Source: Camelus ferus
Taxonomy: Eukaryota
NCBI RefSeq assembly: GCF_009834535.1
Contig: NC_045704.1
Coordinates: forward strand, 21,328,001-21,392,000
Direction of reading: 5' to 3'
Length of the DNA: 64,000 nt
Shown: in pieces, positions 38,873-52,000 of the stretch
Position numbering within the stretch: position 1 is the stretch's first letter
How the letters are laid out: the number at the start of each line of letters is the position of its first letter
Made by a program: the position numbers and the translations under genes
The notes under the pieces: model-generated
What the model was told of the DNA's origin: nothing
The model's database searches: none
Seen by the model: only the letters and a program-made list of their open reading frames with translations

Positions 38873-41800
38873 TCAGGGTCGTTCCTCCAGGAAGCGGTAG
38901 GTAGGGTTCTCGTAGCCATGACGCTGCAGTTCACGCAGCTGCTGCTCCTCCAGGGTCAGCATGGGGTCCACCTGCAGTAGGGGCGGGAGAGGGATAGTGG
39001 GGCATAGGGACCTGACCGCAGATCTCACTCCACCCCCAACGCCCAGGGTCTGGAACTCCTCCTCACTCCAGGTCTTTGTGCCTCTCACCTCCACCACTCC
39101 ATGGCTGATGGCCCCGTAGGGCTTCTTCCTGCGCAAAAGCAGCATGGAGAGGACGATCAGGGAGCCCCCACCAGCTCCCATGATCAGCAGACCTGACACA
39201 GCCTCTCGGGATATGCCTGTTCCAGCTGGTGCCTGCAGGGAGAGGAGATAGGGCGGGGTCATCTTTGAGGCTCACCAGGGCCCTGTGTTGGCTTTGGGAG
39301 TTGCAGCCTAGCCACTGTCGTCTGACCTCTCCCCCTAGGTACACAGAATATTCCTCCTCTTACCAGCTCATCTCTCTGAATCTCCGATGAGTGGAAAGGA
39401 AAACCCCTTGGAACAGACACATTCACCTGGGGGAGCAGGAGGTGTCAGGGAACCAGGAGTCTGGGTCCCAGCCGCCTCCTCCCCTGAGCCCCAAGAAGAC
39501 ATCCACCAGCCCTTTTCTTCCCTGGGACCCTGAAGTCCACGTCCTCAGTTCCTCCTTCCCTCAGGTCAAGGAATCCAAACCCCTAGCACCTCCTCCTTCA
39601 GACCTAGGAGACCAGTCCCCGTCTCCAGGCACCCACAGGTCTAGCTTACCTTTCGTTCATACTGCTCCAGGGGGGACATCTTCTCTTTCCCAGAGGATGC
39701 AGCATCTTGTTCTGTGGACCCTACCCCCCAAATCCTATCTTATTTCTGAGACTCCAGAACGGTGCTACCCCTACCTGAGGAGGGGGTCAGAAGGGGCACT
39801 GGACTCCACCCCAGGAGGTTCCCAGTGCATGGGCCCTTTTCCAGCCTGGGCTCAAGGGCTCAGTGGGATTTGGTGGCTGGGGGCTACTCAGTGAGATACT
39901 CACCTTTTGGAAGGGCCATGGGGGTGTCTGCTGGCAGCCAGAGAAGGCAAGACAGGTGGAACAGTGAAGAGAGGAGAGCATCACTGAAGAAAGTATGGGG
40001 AACACCCTCCCAGGGGCCAAGGAAGGAGGAGCAAGGACCCTGCAAAGGCCTCCACAATCTCAGACATCCCTTCCCATCCTCTCCCACTCACTGCGGTGGC
40101 TAAGACCCCTCAGACTTCAGGGGATTAGAACTGAGGTTGGGGGCCTGTCTCCCAAAGTCTGAGATTCTTTATAGTTGGGTTAACTCACCGTCCTTGGAAT
40201 CCAGAGGCTGTAGCCCACCCTTGTCCTCACTGCTGCCCCCTGGGGCAGGGGCTTCCAATTCATTGGGACCCAGGTGTTCAGAGTGGAGGAGCTCCTCTGA
40301 GGGGAACATGCAGAGAGGTGGTGAGGTCATGAGCACAGGGATCCAAAAAACAGAACTGGGTGAACGGATGGCACCCCAACAGTAGAGTGATTGGGGGTAG
40401 CCATACAGGGATCATGGGAAGTGGGGAGCTGAATGGAGGAGGATGGAGAAGTTCAAGAGAGTGGCCTTAAAGAGCAGGAGAATTAGGGTTAGGCATGGGA
40501 CATCCAGGAGGAAGTCACATTAGATCTGCGGGCTGTCACATTCTTGAATCTGGACTGGGCTGGTGACTTGCTTTAACCAGTGGAATGTGGACCCAAGCCT
40601 TAAGAAGACCTGGCAGTTTCCACTTTCGTGCTTTGGGGAGCCTCAACCACCATGTAGGAGGTCCAGGTGCCCTGCTGGGGAGACCACATGGAGGGGCTCC
40701 ACAGAGGAGAGAAGCCCTGAGCTTTCACGGAGAGGGAGAGAGACTCACTTGTGCCAGAGTCCCAGCCCCCGGCTGACCTGCTAGCCAGTGTAGCTCCACG
40801 CTTGACTGCTGACAAGACCAGCAGAAGAAGCACCCAGTGGAACCCAGACCAGACAGCAGAATCATGAGCAAAGAAAGTGCTTGACTTAAGCCACTATGTT
40901 CTTCAGTTTTTTACATAGGAATAGATATTGGAAATGGCGGGTGGGGTGGGGAGTCAAAGGTCGGGGGTCAAGATGAAGTACTCACGGATCTGGGGCCGCA
41001 ACTCCTGAGCGAGCTGGGGGTTCTGGTCAAGCAGCCCCAGGCTCTGATTCATTCTTTCTTCGATTACTTGAAGGTGGGTCTGCACCTGTTGGGGAGTGAA
41101 TATGAAGGATGAACTGAGCAGTGCAGGCTAGAGACGGGGAAACAGAGGCAGGGTGCAGGGGGAGGTCAGTAGGGCTGAAGGAAAAGTAGCACATACTGGA
41201 CAGGAAATAGCGGACAAGGGCCGGGAAGTGGGCCACAGGAGGCAGGAAACTGAAGGAGGAGCAGCAGAATACAAAGAAAAGGAAAAGATGTACAGAAAAC
41301 AGGAAGTGAGAGTCTTGGAAAGAAAATAAGGGAGAAGGAAAAGGAATAGCTGTTAAGAGATAGACTAAGTATAGGATGCAAGGAACATGGTTTAGAAGAC
41401 AGGGCATGGTGGTAAGTGGGTAGGAGGGGCAGAAAGTACGGTCTGAGGAATCAAAAGAGAGGTTTGACGGGGTTCAGGAGAAGGAAGTGGGGTTGGAGGG
41501 TCATATAGAAATGGTGTGGTTCAAGGGCGAGGCTTGGGGTTCAAGAGCATAGAATGGAGTATTCTGGGACAGGAAGAGAACACCCAAGACACAGAAATTA
41601 GGATCTGAGGGCACAGAAAAAGGGTTCCAGGGAGAATAAGTGGGGTTGGGGGAAAGAAGGGCTGAGGGACGGGAAAAGGGTTCAAGACACAGGAGGGGGA
41701 TCTGAGAAAGGAAGTAGGAGACCAAGGGACAGGAAGTAGGGATTCAAGGGACAAAAAAGGGATCAAAGCGGGTGGGGGAGACAGCGTTCCAAGGTCAGGA

Positions 41801-44800
41801 AGTAGGGATCTGAGGGACTGGAATAGGTCCCAAGCACAGAGAGGGGGTTCCAGGGGTAGGAAGGAGGTCCAAGGGACAGAAAGAGGGTCTGAGAGGCAAG
41901 AGAAGAGTCTGAGAGATGGAGGCCAAGAGACTGGGGTCTGAGGGATAGCAGAGTACTTGGGAGCTGGAAGATTCTGAGCACCTGGAAGCGCATCTGCTGG
42001 GCCTTCTCGGGGTCCACGGCGGCCACGTGCTGGTAGTGTCGCAGCGTGTGCCTTTGCTCCTTCTGCTCCGCACGCAGGTAGCGACGCAGGGCCAGCAGGA
42101 CACGCTCTGGCTGTGGGAGGGGTGAAGGCTGTCCAGGTCTGCCCCAGCCCTTTTCACCCTCTGCTCTCTGCCCCGACGGCTCCCACACCTGAGGCGGATC
42201 CCCCTGCAGCGCCGCCAGGAAACCTTCCAAGGCAGCCCGGCGCTGGTCGTTGATGAGGGCGATGACTCGGGTGGCATGGGTCTCCACCAGGCGCTGTCGC
42301 TCACCAGACACCTGCTCCTCCAGGGTCTGCAGAATGGACTGAAAGTGCTGGCGACGGGGTGGGCACCGGGTCAGGAGAGGCAAAGATGGATGAAAGCACG
42401 GGTTAAAGGGGGTCTGGAAAGGCAGGGAGCTAGGGCCAAGTGGGGTGGGGGTGCAGTGGATCCAGGCCTGGGCAGAGCCAACCTGGGGCAGGACTAGATC
42501 ACAGCAGGTGATCATAGACTGGTGGGGGTGGGGCTGCAGGGCCAGGTAGAGTAGGGGCAGGACTAGGTCTACTGGGAACTCAGCTGAAGGTGTAAATGGC
42601 ATTGGATGGGAACAATCTTAGGACAGCTGGCCTGTGTTATGGTGAAATGGACCAAGTGCTGTAGGAAAGGTGGGGCTCCAGGCCTGGGAAGGGCCAGATG
42701 GAGACAGGTTGTGCCTAAATGAGACTGTAGGGGGTGGGTGAAAGAGTCTGGGAATGGGGCTAACTGAGCAGGGTCTGCACAGGGCAGGGCTGTACCACGG
42801 TGAGGCTGAGAGAGGTGGGTGGGAGTGTCATGAGGCCCACTGAGGAAGGACTAAGTAAAAGTGAGATTGGAGGGGCAGGACCAGAGTCAGGGGGCAGGGC
42901 CTAGCATCAAAAAGAGGCTGAGAAGGACCTGGCTGTTTTTGCAGGGGCCCTGCCTGGGAGAGGGCTCCAGAGCCAGCCCTCAGGGGTTGGGATCAAGTTA
43001 AGGCAGGGGAAAACATGGCCAATCGGAGGAGGGCAATGTCAGGTTGGATGTAGGCCAAGAAGGTGGAGCCAAATGCAGGGGTGGGGCCAGGAGAGGCCCA
43101 TATAAGTAGAAAGAGGTGAAACTGGCCCAGGCCAGACAAAGCCTGAGCAGGGCTGAGACCCCGTGTGCCCCAGCTGGTGGACAGGTCTGAGCAGGACCCC
43201 CTGGAGGCTGTGCTACCTCATTCAGGGCCTGTCTGTCGGCTTTAGGCAGGTTCTTGGACTGGTTGTCCGCCATGGCCCATTCACGCATCACCTGGGGAAA
43301 AGGGGAGCTTCAGGATCCTCGAATCCACCCTATTCTACCCAGTGAGTCCTTCAACCCCTCTTCAGAAGTTCCAGATCCCTTAAATACCACTGCCTCTTGG
43401 ATTCCCAAGAGCGAGGATTCAGAAGGAATTTAAAGTGGAAGAGTGTCATGCACCGGAGTTTGCACAGAATCTGTCAGTGGGATTCTAGACGGGTGAGGGA
43501 TCCCTGATCAACTTAGGGGTGGTGTTGAGGGATGGGGGTTGATGGGGGCTTGGGGAGCCTTTAGAGATAGTCTCAATGTGTCCCTGAGAAATTCCCTGGT
43601 ATTTAGGGAGCTCTGTGTTATGGGGGATCCTGGGGCCCCCAGTACCATCACCTCATTAATCTGGCGCATCCTGCGCTCCTCCAGATCCATCTTGGCCCGC
43701 AGGAACCCCTCATGCTCGCTGATTTCTCCAGGCATGCCAAAGTACACGTCCACACCATCTGTGGGCCTCGGGGTGGGAGTCACTGCAAGGCCACGAATCA
43801 GGGAGTCAGCCTGAAGCCCACCTCCAGGTCACCTTCCCTTCCCAGAGAAATGCATTTCCCGGAGCACACTGGAGACCATCATGTGTTCACTTTAGCCATG
43901 GTTGCTGCCTGGCATCATATGAGACAGGGTTCTGGACTGGGCCTGTTCTTGAGAAGCTTAGGAATCCATTACACTGTCCTCCAAGGTTTCCTCAAATAAT
44001 CTTCAGGACCTAACAAATGGCTCCTCTACTTCCAGGTACCCTCAGACCACCCTCACTCTTTGCATACTTAGCAGGTTGGCCCTTCCACCTCTACTTAACG
44101 CAAAGCCCCTCCCATTCCTCTCATTTCCTCCAACAGGGCTTCTCACCCACAGGTCCCTCCCAAAGATGCCCCTATACCAAGGCTCCCTTAAAACATCCTC
44201 CTTCCAGGGTGGAGGGGACTAGGGGTTCAGAGACTGCCTTACCTTTGCTGACCCCTGCAGGGGTATGAGAGCTTGAGGGTGGGACTCTTTCCTCCTCTTC
44301 TTCCTCTTCAGCCCGTGGTGGCTCCACGAAGTAATCATCTACTGGCTGTAGGAAGGAGTCCTCCTCTTCCTCGTCCTCACCCCCCTCTACTCTGCCCCCC
44401 AGGGGCCAGGACCGGGTGGAGGGGTCACTGAGGGAGCAGAAGACCCGAGGCAGTAAGAACCTGGGCCCAGGCCCCCAGGCTTCCATCTTCTGCCTCAGGA
44501 GCCTTGGGTTGAGCATGGAGGGTGCCCTCCCACTCACCCAACTGCTGTCCCAGACGGGTTGGGGGTCACTGGAGGGGGGCAGCACACATACTCCACACCT
44601 CGGAACCGATCTGTGCCACAGGGCAAAAGCATGCCCGAGCCATGCAGGATGAGGCCCTGGGAGCTGCAGGCCTGCGGGAAGAGTGGGCCCAGATGCCAGG
44701 ACTGTGGGGTAAGAGAGGGTAGACAAGGAGCCAGGATGCCGGGGGTTTGGGGACTGATGGGGCTGGGAGCCTGGATTTCTCATTCTACCCCAGTGGGAAG

Positions 44801-47331
44801 AGGGGGCTGAGGTCCAGACTTGGGTTCTGGAGGAGGAAGGTGTTAGAGGACTGTACCCCTGGGTTCTGAGGGGATGAGNNNNNNNNNNNNNNNNNNNNNN
44901 NNNNNNNNNNNNNNNNNNNNNNNNNNNNNNNNNNNNNNNNNNNNNNNNNNNNNNNNNNNNNNNNNNNNNNNNNNNNNNNNNNNNNNNNNNNNNNNNNNNN
45001 NNNNNNNNNNCCGCTGGCAAATGGGGGCATCAGAGTGAGACACTCCCACAGCCACGAATCCTACCCTCCTCAGAATCCAGATCTTTTATCCTCAGAGTCT
45101 TCTCTGCCCCACTCTGGACCCAGGCATCATCCTCTCTAATGTGAGCCGGAAACCAGGGCCAGAATTTCACCCCTTGGATACACTCTCCCACCACTTCCGT
45201 TCCCCTCCCTTAGCCTGTGACTCACGCAGGCAGCGGAAAGGCACAACCTGGTGGTGGGTGTGGGCACAGTGGCCACCCCGGGCATCCCCGCACCAGCGCT
45301 CCATGGGGATGGCCTGCGTCGCTTGTTCCACACGTGCAATCTGCAGCTCCGGGTACATCTGGGGGCACCAGGTGGAGGCGATCAACCCCCTGCCCTGTCC
45401 CTGCCAAAGGCGCTTCTGCACTGGTATGTCCCTTTTCAAGACTCTGGTATTCATAAGGATATTTCCTCCCCAGGTTCTTCTGCTCTGTGGAACCAGTCTT
45501 AGGTATCTAAGCCCCTCAAGCGCATTGACCACGCCCCCTAGTAGCACTCTTAAAAGCCACGCCATCCTTAGGCTCCGCCCATTTGCCTGTCGTTTCTTTA
45601 CGAAGGTCCCTCGACCTGCCCACATCTCAGTCCCTCCTAGCCCATCTCTCTTGTAGTCGTCTCTGCCCCCTTCCGCAATCAGATTCATTTCCCCCTAGAT
45701 TCCACCCTTTAAGCCTCGCCTCTCTCGCCGTTAGGCCTCTCAGTAGATAGCCCTTCTCTTTGTGTTAGACCTGCCTTTTCATAACCTCTCCCGCACTGGG
45801 GTCCACCCCTTTCCTAGTCTCGCTGGTCCAGGTCTTTTTGTTTTAGCCCCGCCTCTCCTTTGGCCACGCCCATCTACGACCCTACTCTTTAAAAAGCCCA
45901 CCAATATGTCTAAACCCTGTCTCTTCACTCGACACTTCCCTTAGCTGGCTGTCTTTGCACGGTTCTACCCTTTTCCTGACTTGGTTTCTCAAAAAACCAG
46001 GTCCTGTCTTACCCTAACTTCGCTTCTTTGTTGGCCACGCCCCCTAGCTTTCCATGCCGCCTTGGATCCCTCATCTCCCTGGACCTTGCCTTTTGCACTA
46101 CTAGCTTCTTCGGGGGGACCCGGCCCCAAGTTGGACCCGCTGTCCTGCTGGCCACGCCCCTCCCGGTAGGTCCCGCCTACCTGTCTGCAGTACTCCAGCA
46201 CGCGTTGCGGGTCCCGGAGGCAGCGTCGCGAGCGCTGTGGGTCTGGTTCCCAACGGCCGGTGCGCAGATCCCGGTGAAGGGTTAGGCGCCCGCATAGTCC
46301 AGCCACCTGGGCCGACCCAGGGGCCTGGGGGTGGGGGCGGAGGGGTCAGCGAGGGCACGGGGGACGCTGGCATGTGGGTCCCCTGGTCTTTGCTCCCTAG
46401 GACCCAAACGTTCAGACCCCCAGCACCAGCCCTCTCCACCACGCACCGCGCACCCGCCTCCGTAGAGGTTCGGTTCCCTGGGAAACAGCTCCCACAGGGC
46501 GGGGGCGCCCCAGCTCTGCCGTTGCTACGGCGACCCGGGTCCCCCGGGATTCTCGCAGCCTTGTTGCCGTGGAGACAGGCTCCGCCTTCACCCCAGCGCA
46601 GTCGCACTAGAGCCCGAAGGGGTTAAACCCAAATGGCGGGGGAGGAGGCCAGAACCCAGGCGTTCTGGCCCCTCCTCCCTACATCCCTAGTTCAGGCTCC
46701 CATTCTCGGGTGCAAAGACCACAAGGCCTGGCTTCAGGGCCCTGCAGGCCTGGACACCAAATCCTTGAGGGATGGAGAGCTACATCTTGACTTGGGGGGC
46801 GGTGGCAGGAGGCCTAGATGCCTGGGTCCTGGGAGGCTTGCGGGAGCCCTCATATGGGTCCAGAGGATGCAAAGGGCCCAGGTTTTTGGCTGTAGGTGCC
46901 TTGCTGCCCTGTGAGTCCTGTTCAGGTGGGAAAGGGCTGGGGCTGAGTCACCAGGTCGATAGGGTCTGAGGGGGCTGGACTTCTGGGACCAGGGGCTCTA
47001 GAAAATCCAATTTCTATACTGGGGGCAGGAGGGGGCTGGGACTGGGACGACAGATGATGGGGGAGATGGGGCCTGGACTTCTGGGTTCATGAATGTCTAG
47101 TGCTGTTAGGGGCCCTGGGAACCGGCCACCTGGCTGGAAAGACTACGTTTTCTGCTCTGGACGTGTCCGCGTCGGTGTCCAGAGGCCCAGTCCCGCCCCT
47201 TCCCCCATCCCCCAGAACCCAGTGGAGCCTCACCTCGGCGGCGCTGGGGCTCCCACCGGTCAGGCTCCCGACGGCGAGCTGCGCGCGCAGAAGCAGCAGC
47301 AATAGTGGCAGCAGCAGTAGCAGCGGGCCCA
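38873..47331 (-). CDS. APLP1: APLP1 amyloid precursor-like protein 1, 17 exons; start codon and most of exon 4 are in N gaps
   Basis: Exons: gap-47234, 46324-46181, 45358-45226, 45013-gap, 44671-44538, 44427-44243, 43782-43652, 43291-43217, 42347-42189, 42110-41982, 41085-40986, 40296-40189, 39930/39927-39904, 39720-39650, 39426-39364, 39232-39089, 38971-38873. E1 and E2 domains, acidic stretch, TM and C-terminal [14 protein letters not shown]. Minus-strand AATAAA at 38538-38543. Confidence 0.97.
44879..45010. other. Assembly gap (132 N) covering most of APLP1 exon 4
   Basis: Run of N; the exon 4 acceptor is visible at 45014-45015. Confidence 0.99.
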
Positions 47332-47540
47332 NNNNNNNNNNNNNNNNNNNNNNNNNNNNNNNNNNNNNNNNNNNNNNNNNNNNNNNNNNNNNNNNNNNNN
47401 NNNNNNNNNNNNNNNNNNNNNNNNNNNNNNNNNNNNNNNNNNNNNNNNNNNNNNNNNNNNNNNNNNNNNNNNNNNNNNNNNNNNNNNNNNNNNNNNNNNN
47501 NNNNNNNNNNNNNNNNNNNNNNNNNNNNNNNNNNNNNNNN
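47332..47540. other. Assembly gap (209 N) covering the APLP1 start codon
   Basis: Run of N adjacent to signal-peptide codons ([17 protein letters not shown]). Confidence 0.99.
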
Positions 47541-49093
47541 TGGCAGCTCTGCGCAGAGTGGAGCGGCTCGGGAACCCCGGGTGGGAGCCTGAGCCAGGCG
47601 TCTGCCCCCTTGAGAGTCCAGGCGTCCCACCCCACGCAAGGGCGCAGCCAGGAGTCTGGGTCATGGACTCTGCAGTTGTGGATTTCGAGTTCAGACCGCT
47701 CACCCCAAGCTTTCTCCTCCCTCGGACCCAGACACTAACAAATCATCTTCCTTTTCTTCCAGGGGTGCCAGCATTGGATACCACTCCCTACCTCCTCTAT
47801 CCTCTCTTGAGGTCCCAGGAATACAGGCCTCCAAAATCTCCCCAGTCAAGAACACAGTGATTGAGACCTAGTCCCCTTCTCCCTCATATCCAGGAGTCTG
47901 GGCCCCAGGAACCTTCTTTCTCAGGGCTAGAGACCAAGTCCTTAGCCCTTTCTCCCTAAGACCCAGGAGTCCAGGCCGTCTGCTGTTTCCCAGGGGCCCT
48001 AGGCACCCAGGCCTTTAATTCCTAAATCAAAGATCCATGAACCAAAGCCTCCAGGCCCTTTCTTTAAGGATGAGTTGGGTCAGGTACCCAGCACCTCTGT
48101 ATAAGGATCTGGACCCCCAACCTTGCTCTAAGCACCAGGGCATTTCTATTTTCCCACCTCTGGCCTCTCCCTGACCGCCTTCTCCTTCAAGGCTCACTGC
48201 TTTGTCTCCTCAAAAGATAGTGTTAGTGTAACTGTCTTCCTCAAGGGGACTGGGCCTTGTCATGTGTATGCATCTGTGCATACATGTTTGTGTAGATATG
48301 TATTAAAAGAGCTCAGAGCACTAAATAGGTAATAAAAGGCTGGGGGTGGCTCACAGTTTTTCTTATACCCATTTCATAGTCTAGAGGAAGGGCCTTGGGG
48401 CAGGTTTGATGGCTCTCTTGATGGATGGCAATGATGCCAGGAGAATCTCTAAGACATTCACTTCTTGACTTTTTTAATTAAACATAAATATTCTTATTCC
48501 TAGATTCTAACACCCCCTCCCATTCCTGCCATGGCAGTTCTCACCCTATCTTTGCTCCTTGGGTCCAGTTCTTTCTGGGCCTTTAAGGGAGGTAGAAGGA
48601 ATTAAGATGGTGGTCATCTTGGGTTTCTGGAGAGTGAATGGCCATTTTGGCTGCATTTCCATGGATGAAGCCAAGTACCCCTTGGAAACAGCCAGGACAG
48701 GGCCTCCATCTTATTCTGCCTTATGTTGCCTTTCTTCTCAGTGCAGGTGGTCATCTTGAAATATCTTCTGTCAGTATCTGGAAACAACTTCCTTCTCTGC
48801 CCCTAATTTCTATCACCCCTTGTCCCCCATCCCTCTGCAAAGGGCCCATTTGCCATCTCGAATCTCTTTTACACAGGGGAATTGGGTTGGCATGGTGGCC
48901 ATTTTGCTCCCACTTGGGTCATCCCCTTTGGCTGAGCTGTTTATCAATGACCCAGACAATTGTAATGAACTCTCCCTCCCCTCGATGTTCAATTTTGGAA
49001 GAGTAAGGTCGCCAACTTGCTCTGGTTCCTCAGAAGTCAGGATAGTCCATCAGGGCAAGTTGAAGATCCCAGGGCTCTTCAGTTGGAGAGATG

Positions 49094-52000
49094 TCACACG
49101 TGAGTCTGGAGACGAGGGTGGCTGGGTGTGGGGAAGGCAGCATATGGGAAGGGGGGAGTGCTGGGGGCCAGATCTGGGGGTCCAAAGGATGTGGGCTTGA
49201 TGTAGCTGGTAAAAGCTCGAGGATGGGGTGTGGTGAGATAACCAGCCCGGGCTCTATATAGTCTGCAGGCGGGGACCATGCCCAGATGTGGGTTGAAGTC
49301 ATAGAAGGTAGGGGTCCCTGGTGGTCCAAGGGGCGAGGAGGGTGGTAGGAAGAGGCCTCCTCCAGGGGCTTCTCCAAGGCTCAGGCTCACACTGACTCCT
49401 CGGACCTTGTAGTAACCATTGGTTGGGTCCTGAAAGGACAAAATGGGATTTGGTAAGGTATATGAGGGTATAGAGAGGCGAGGGTCACTGATGGAGAGAC
49501 ACACTGAGATAGAACCAGACATCAGGAGATACAGAAAGGGAGCAGGCAGAAACTCAGAGACATAGAGACTAGAAGAACAAAGCGAGAGAGAAAAACAGTG
49601 ACAAGAAACAAAGGAGTCGAAGGAGATGGGCAGAGAAAGGCAGAGACAAAGGGATCCAGGCCTGCTGAAGGGTGGAGGTGTGGAAGGGGATGCAAAGGGA
49701 ACAAGAGAGGGAAATTGAGATCAAGATATTAATTCATTCATTTGCCCAGTAGCTCAAGGCTTTGATTCTTTGTCATCCCCTGTGCTGCTGCTGGAGACAC
49801 GTGTCACAAGGATAGACCTAGCCCTGTCCTCATGGAGATCCCAGGCCAAAGGAGAAATGATGAATCACCAGACAGAGCCAGGAAGGGTCAGGGTTGTGAT
49901 GGGGGAAGTTCAGGCAGAGAGACTGGGACGGTGATGCGATAGTGATCAGACTGGGACGGAGAAGCTGAGATCACAGTGGTTGTGGCTGTTAATAGGTGAA
50001 ACATAGAATGATCAGGAGGGAAGCATGCTTTCTGGAACAAGAAATGTTTGCACTGAGACCAGAGGAATGACTAGAATTAGGTAGGTATGTGAAGAAGAGT
50101 AGGAGTGTTTCAGACCAGGGGAATAGCAATGTACTAGGTACAGAGAAGAGAGAGAAGGACTCTGGACTGGGGACGGGGGTCAATGGGGCCCTAAAGAGAT
50201 GGGCCCCCAAAGGAAGGGCAGATCTGGGGAGGTCACTGTGGAAACTGGAAGGTGGAAGGGGACTGAGAGAAGCAACCAGGGAGAGGCATCTAGAAGGCCA
50301 GAAACAGGACTGTGATGGGAAAGCACAGGCAGAGTCAATCTTGATCTGGGATGGAGGCCAAGGCTGGAGCAGATATGTGGGCATAGACAGCAGATATACA
50401 AACTGAGACTGGGGAGGTGGATAAGATGGCCCAGGAGGTGGCAAGATGTGGGCAGAGGGGGTGAGGTGCCAGCTCTGGGGGCAACAGAATGAAAAAGGAG
50501 GGGACAGAAGTGAAGAGAGAGTTAGTGACACGGAAAAGGGAGCCCCTCCTCTCCCAACACTCACCTTTGCCTCCAGAGCCCCCTCCTCATCCAGCACCAG
50601 GTCACTGTGGTCTGTGTGCACGATGGGGCCCTGGGGTGGGGTACTTAGTGAGAGGGAGTGTAGAAGATCCTCCTTCCCTAGTGCCAGACCCCAGGGACCC
50701 TCAGTGGAACATCTGGGGCCAGGCAGGAGGGACCAAAGGCACCTGGGAGCTAGGGTCTGGGCTCAGGACAACTAGGAGCCCTGGGGACATATTTGATCTA
50801 GGGAATAATTGTGTCAGGGGTTCTATTTGAGTTGGGGGGGCCTGATTGGGAGGACAGATATCACAATTGAGACTGCATTACTATTTGAGACTTGAGGTAC
50901 AGTCAGGTCTGGGGACCCTGGCATCCTACCTGGTCCTCACCGTTGCCTGTCTCCTCCTCCTCGTGGCCCCTTGAACTGGATGCATCGCTGCTTCCTAGGA
51001 TTCGTACCAGGTTCTTTTGATTGGAGAAAGAGGCTGAGGCCAGGGACATTGAGGGTGGGGGCAGAGGTAAGCAATGGGGCTGGGTTACAGCTTGTGGAGG
51101 CCAACAAGCAGGAAGAGAGAGGACTGAGACAATCAGGTTGAGAGGCAGGGAACCAGTGAGAACTCTGGCCTAGGAGGGCAGGGGGTGTGACCCTGAGGGG
51201 GTGGAGTTAAAGCTTGAGGGAGGGATCAGGTCCCGAAAGCGAGCCAAGTCAAGGGAAGGTCTAGAGAGGCAGGGCTGGGACCAGCTCCCAAGGCCAGGCC
51301 CGTCAGTGGGCAGGGGTGGGGCCTAGGCACTGACCCTTGCTGTGGCGCCAGCAGCAGAGGACCACCCCAGTGATGATCAGTAAGTAGAGTCATGGCCACA
51401 GCAGCCACTCCAGCCACAATCCTCACCATGGGCAGCAAGTCTGCAGGAAAGAGAGGGGTGTCCTGAGGAGGCTGAGCAGAAGACTGAGCAGGAACTGGGG
51501 GACTGGGCTCAGGGCTTGGGTAGGGAACCTCTGGGTTCAAAGGTCACCAAGTTTGGAGATTCCCAAGTTTTGTAGCCTGGGATCCCTATATTTAAGGGCT
51601 CATGAACTTGGGGTTTTACAAGTTTAAACTCCCTGACTTTAGGGAGTCTTAGAGTTTGAGGGCATTTTTACTTTGCAATTCTTAATATGTGGAGATTGCC
51701 TTCTTTGAAACACGTAAGTGTAGAGGGCTTTCAGTTTATGATCCCGTACCCGAGGGAACTTATTGTTTAGGGGGTCTCAGGATTCAAGGGACTCATGGTT
51801 TTGAGGCTCCCAAAGTTTGGGGGTCTCTGCATTTGAGGGTCCTCTGTTTGGGGATGGTGACATTTTGGAGGTTTGAAATCCTCAGATTTGGGGTCTTCAG
51901 GCCCAGAGTCTCACCTCTACGGCCCAGGCTGACCCGGGTGCCTCCCTCTCCCAGCCGGTTCCGGGCACTACAGTTGAAGCCCCGGCTAAAGTCGGACTCC

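Noticed and set aside
41763-42602. 279-aa minus-strand ORF
   Set aside because: It is APLP1 exons 9-10 read through GC-rich introns.
44172-47738. Long ORFs containing X runs
   Set aside because: They are artefacts of translating through N gaps.
50941-50941. Alternative donor AACG|GTGAGG in KIRREL2 exon 13
   Set aside because: It is out of phase with exon 14; the donor at 50930 restores the conserved ...GEDQ|GPIVHT junction.
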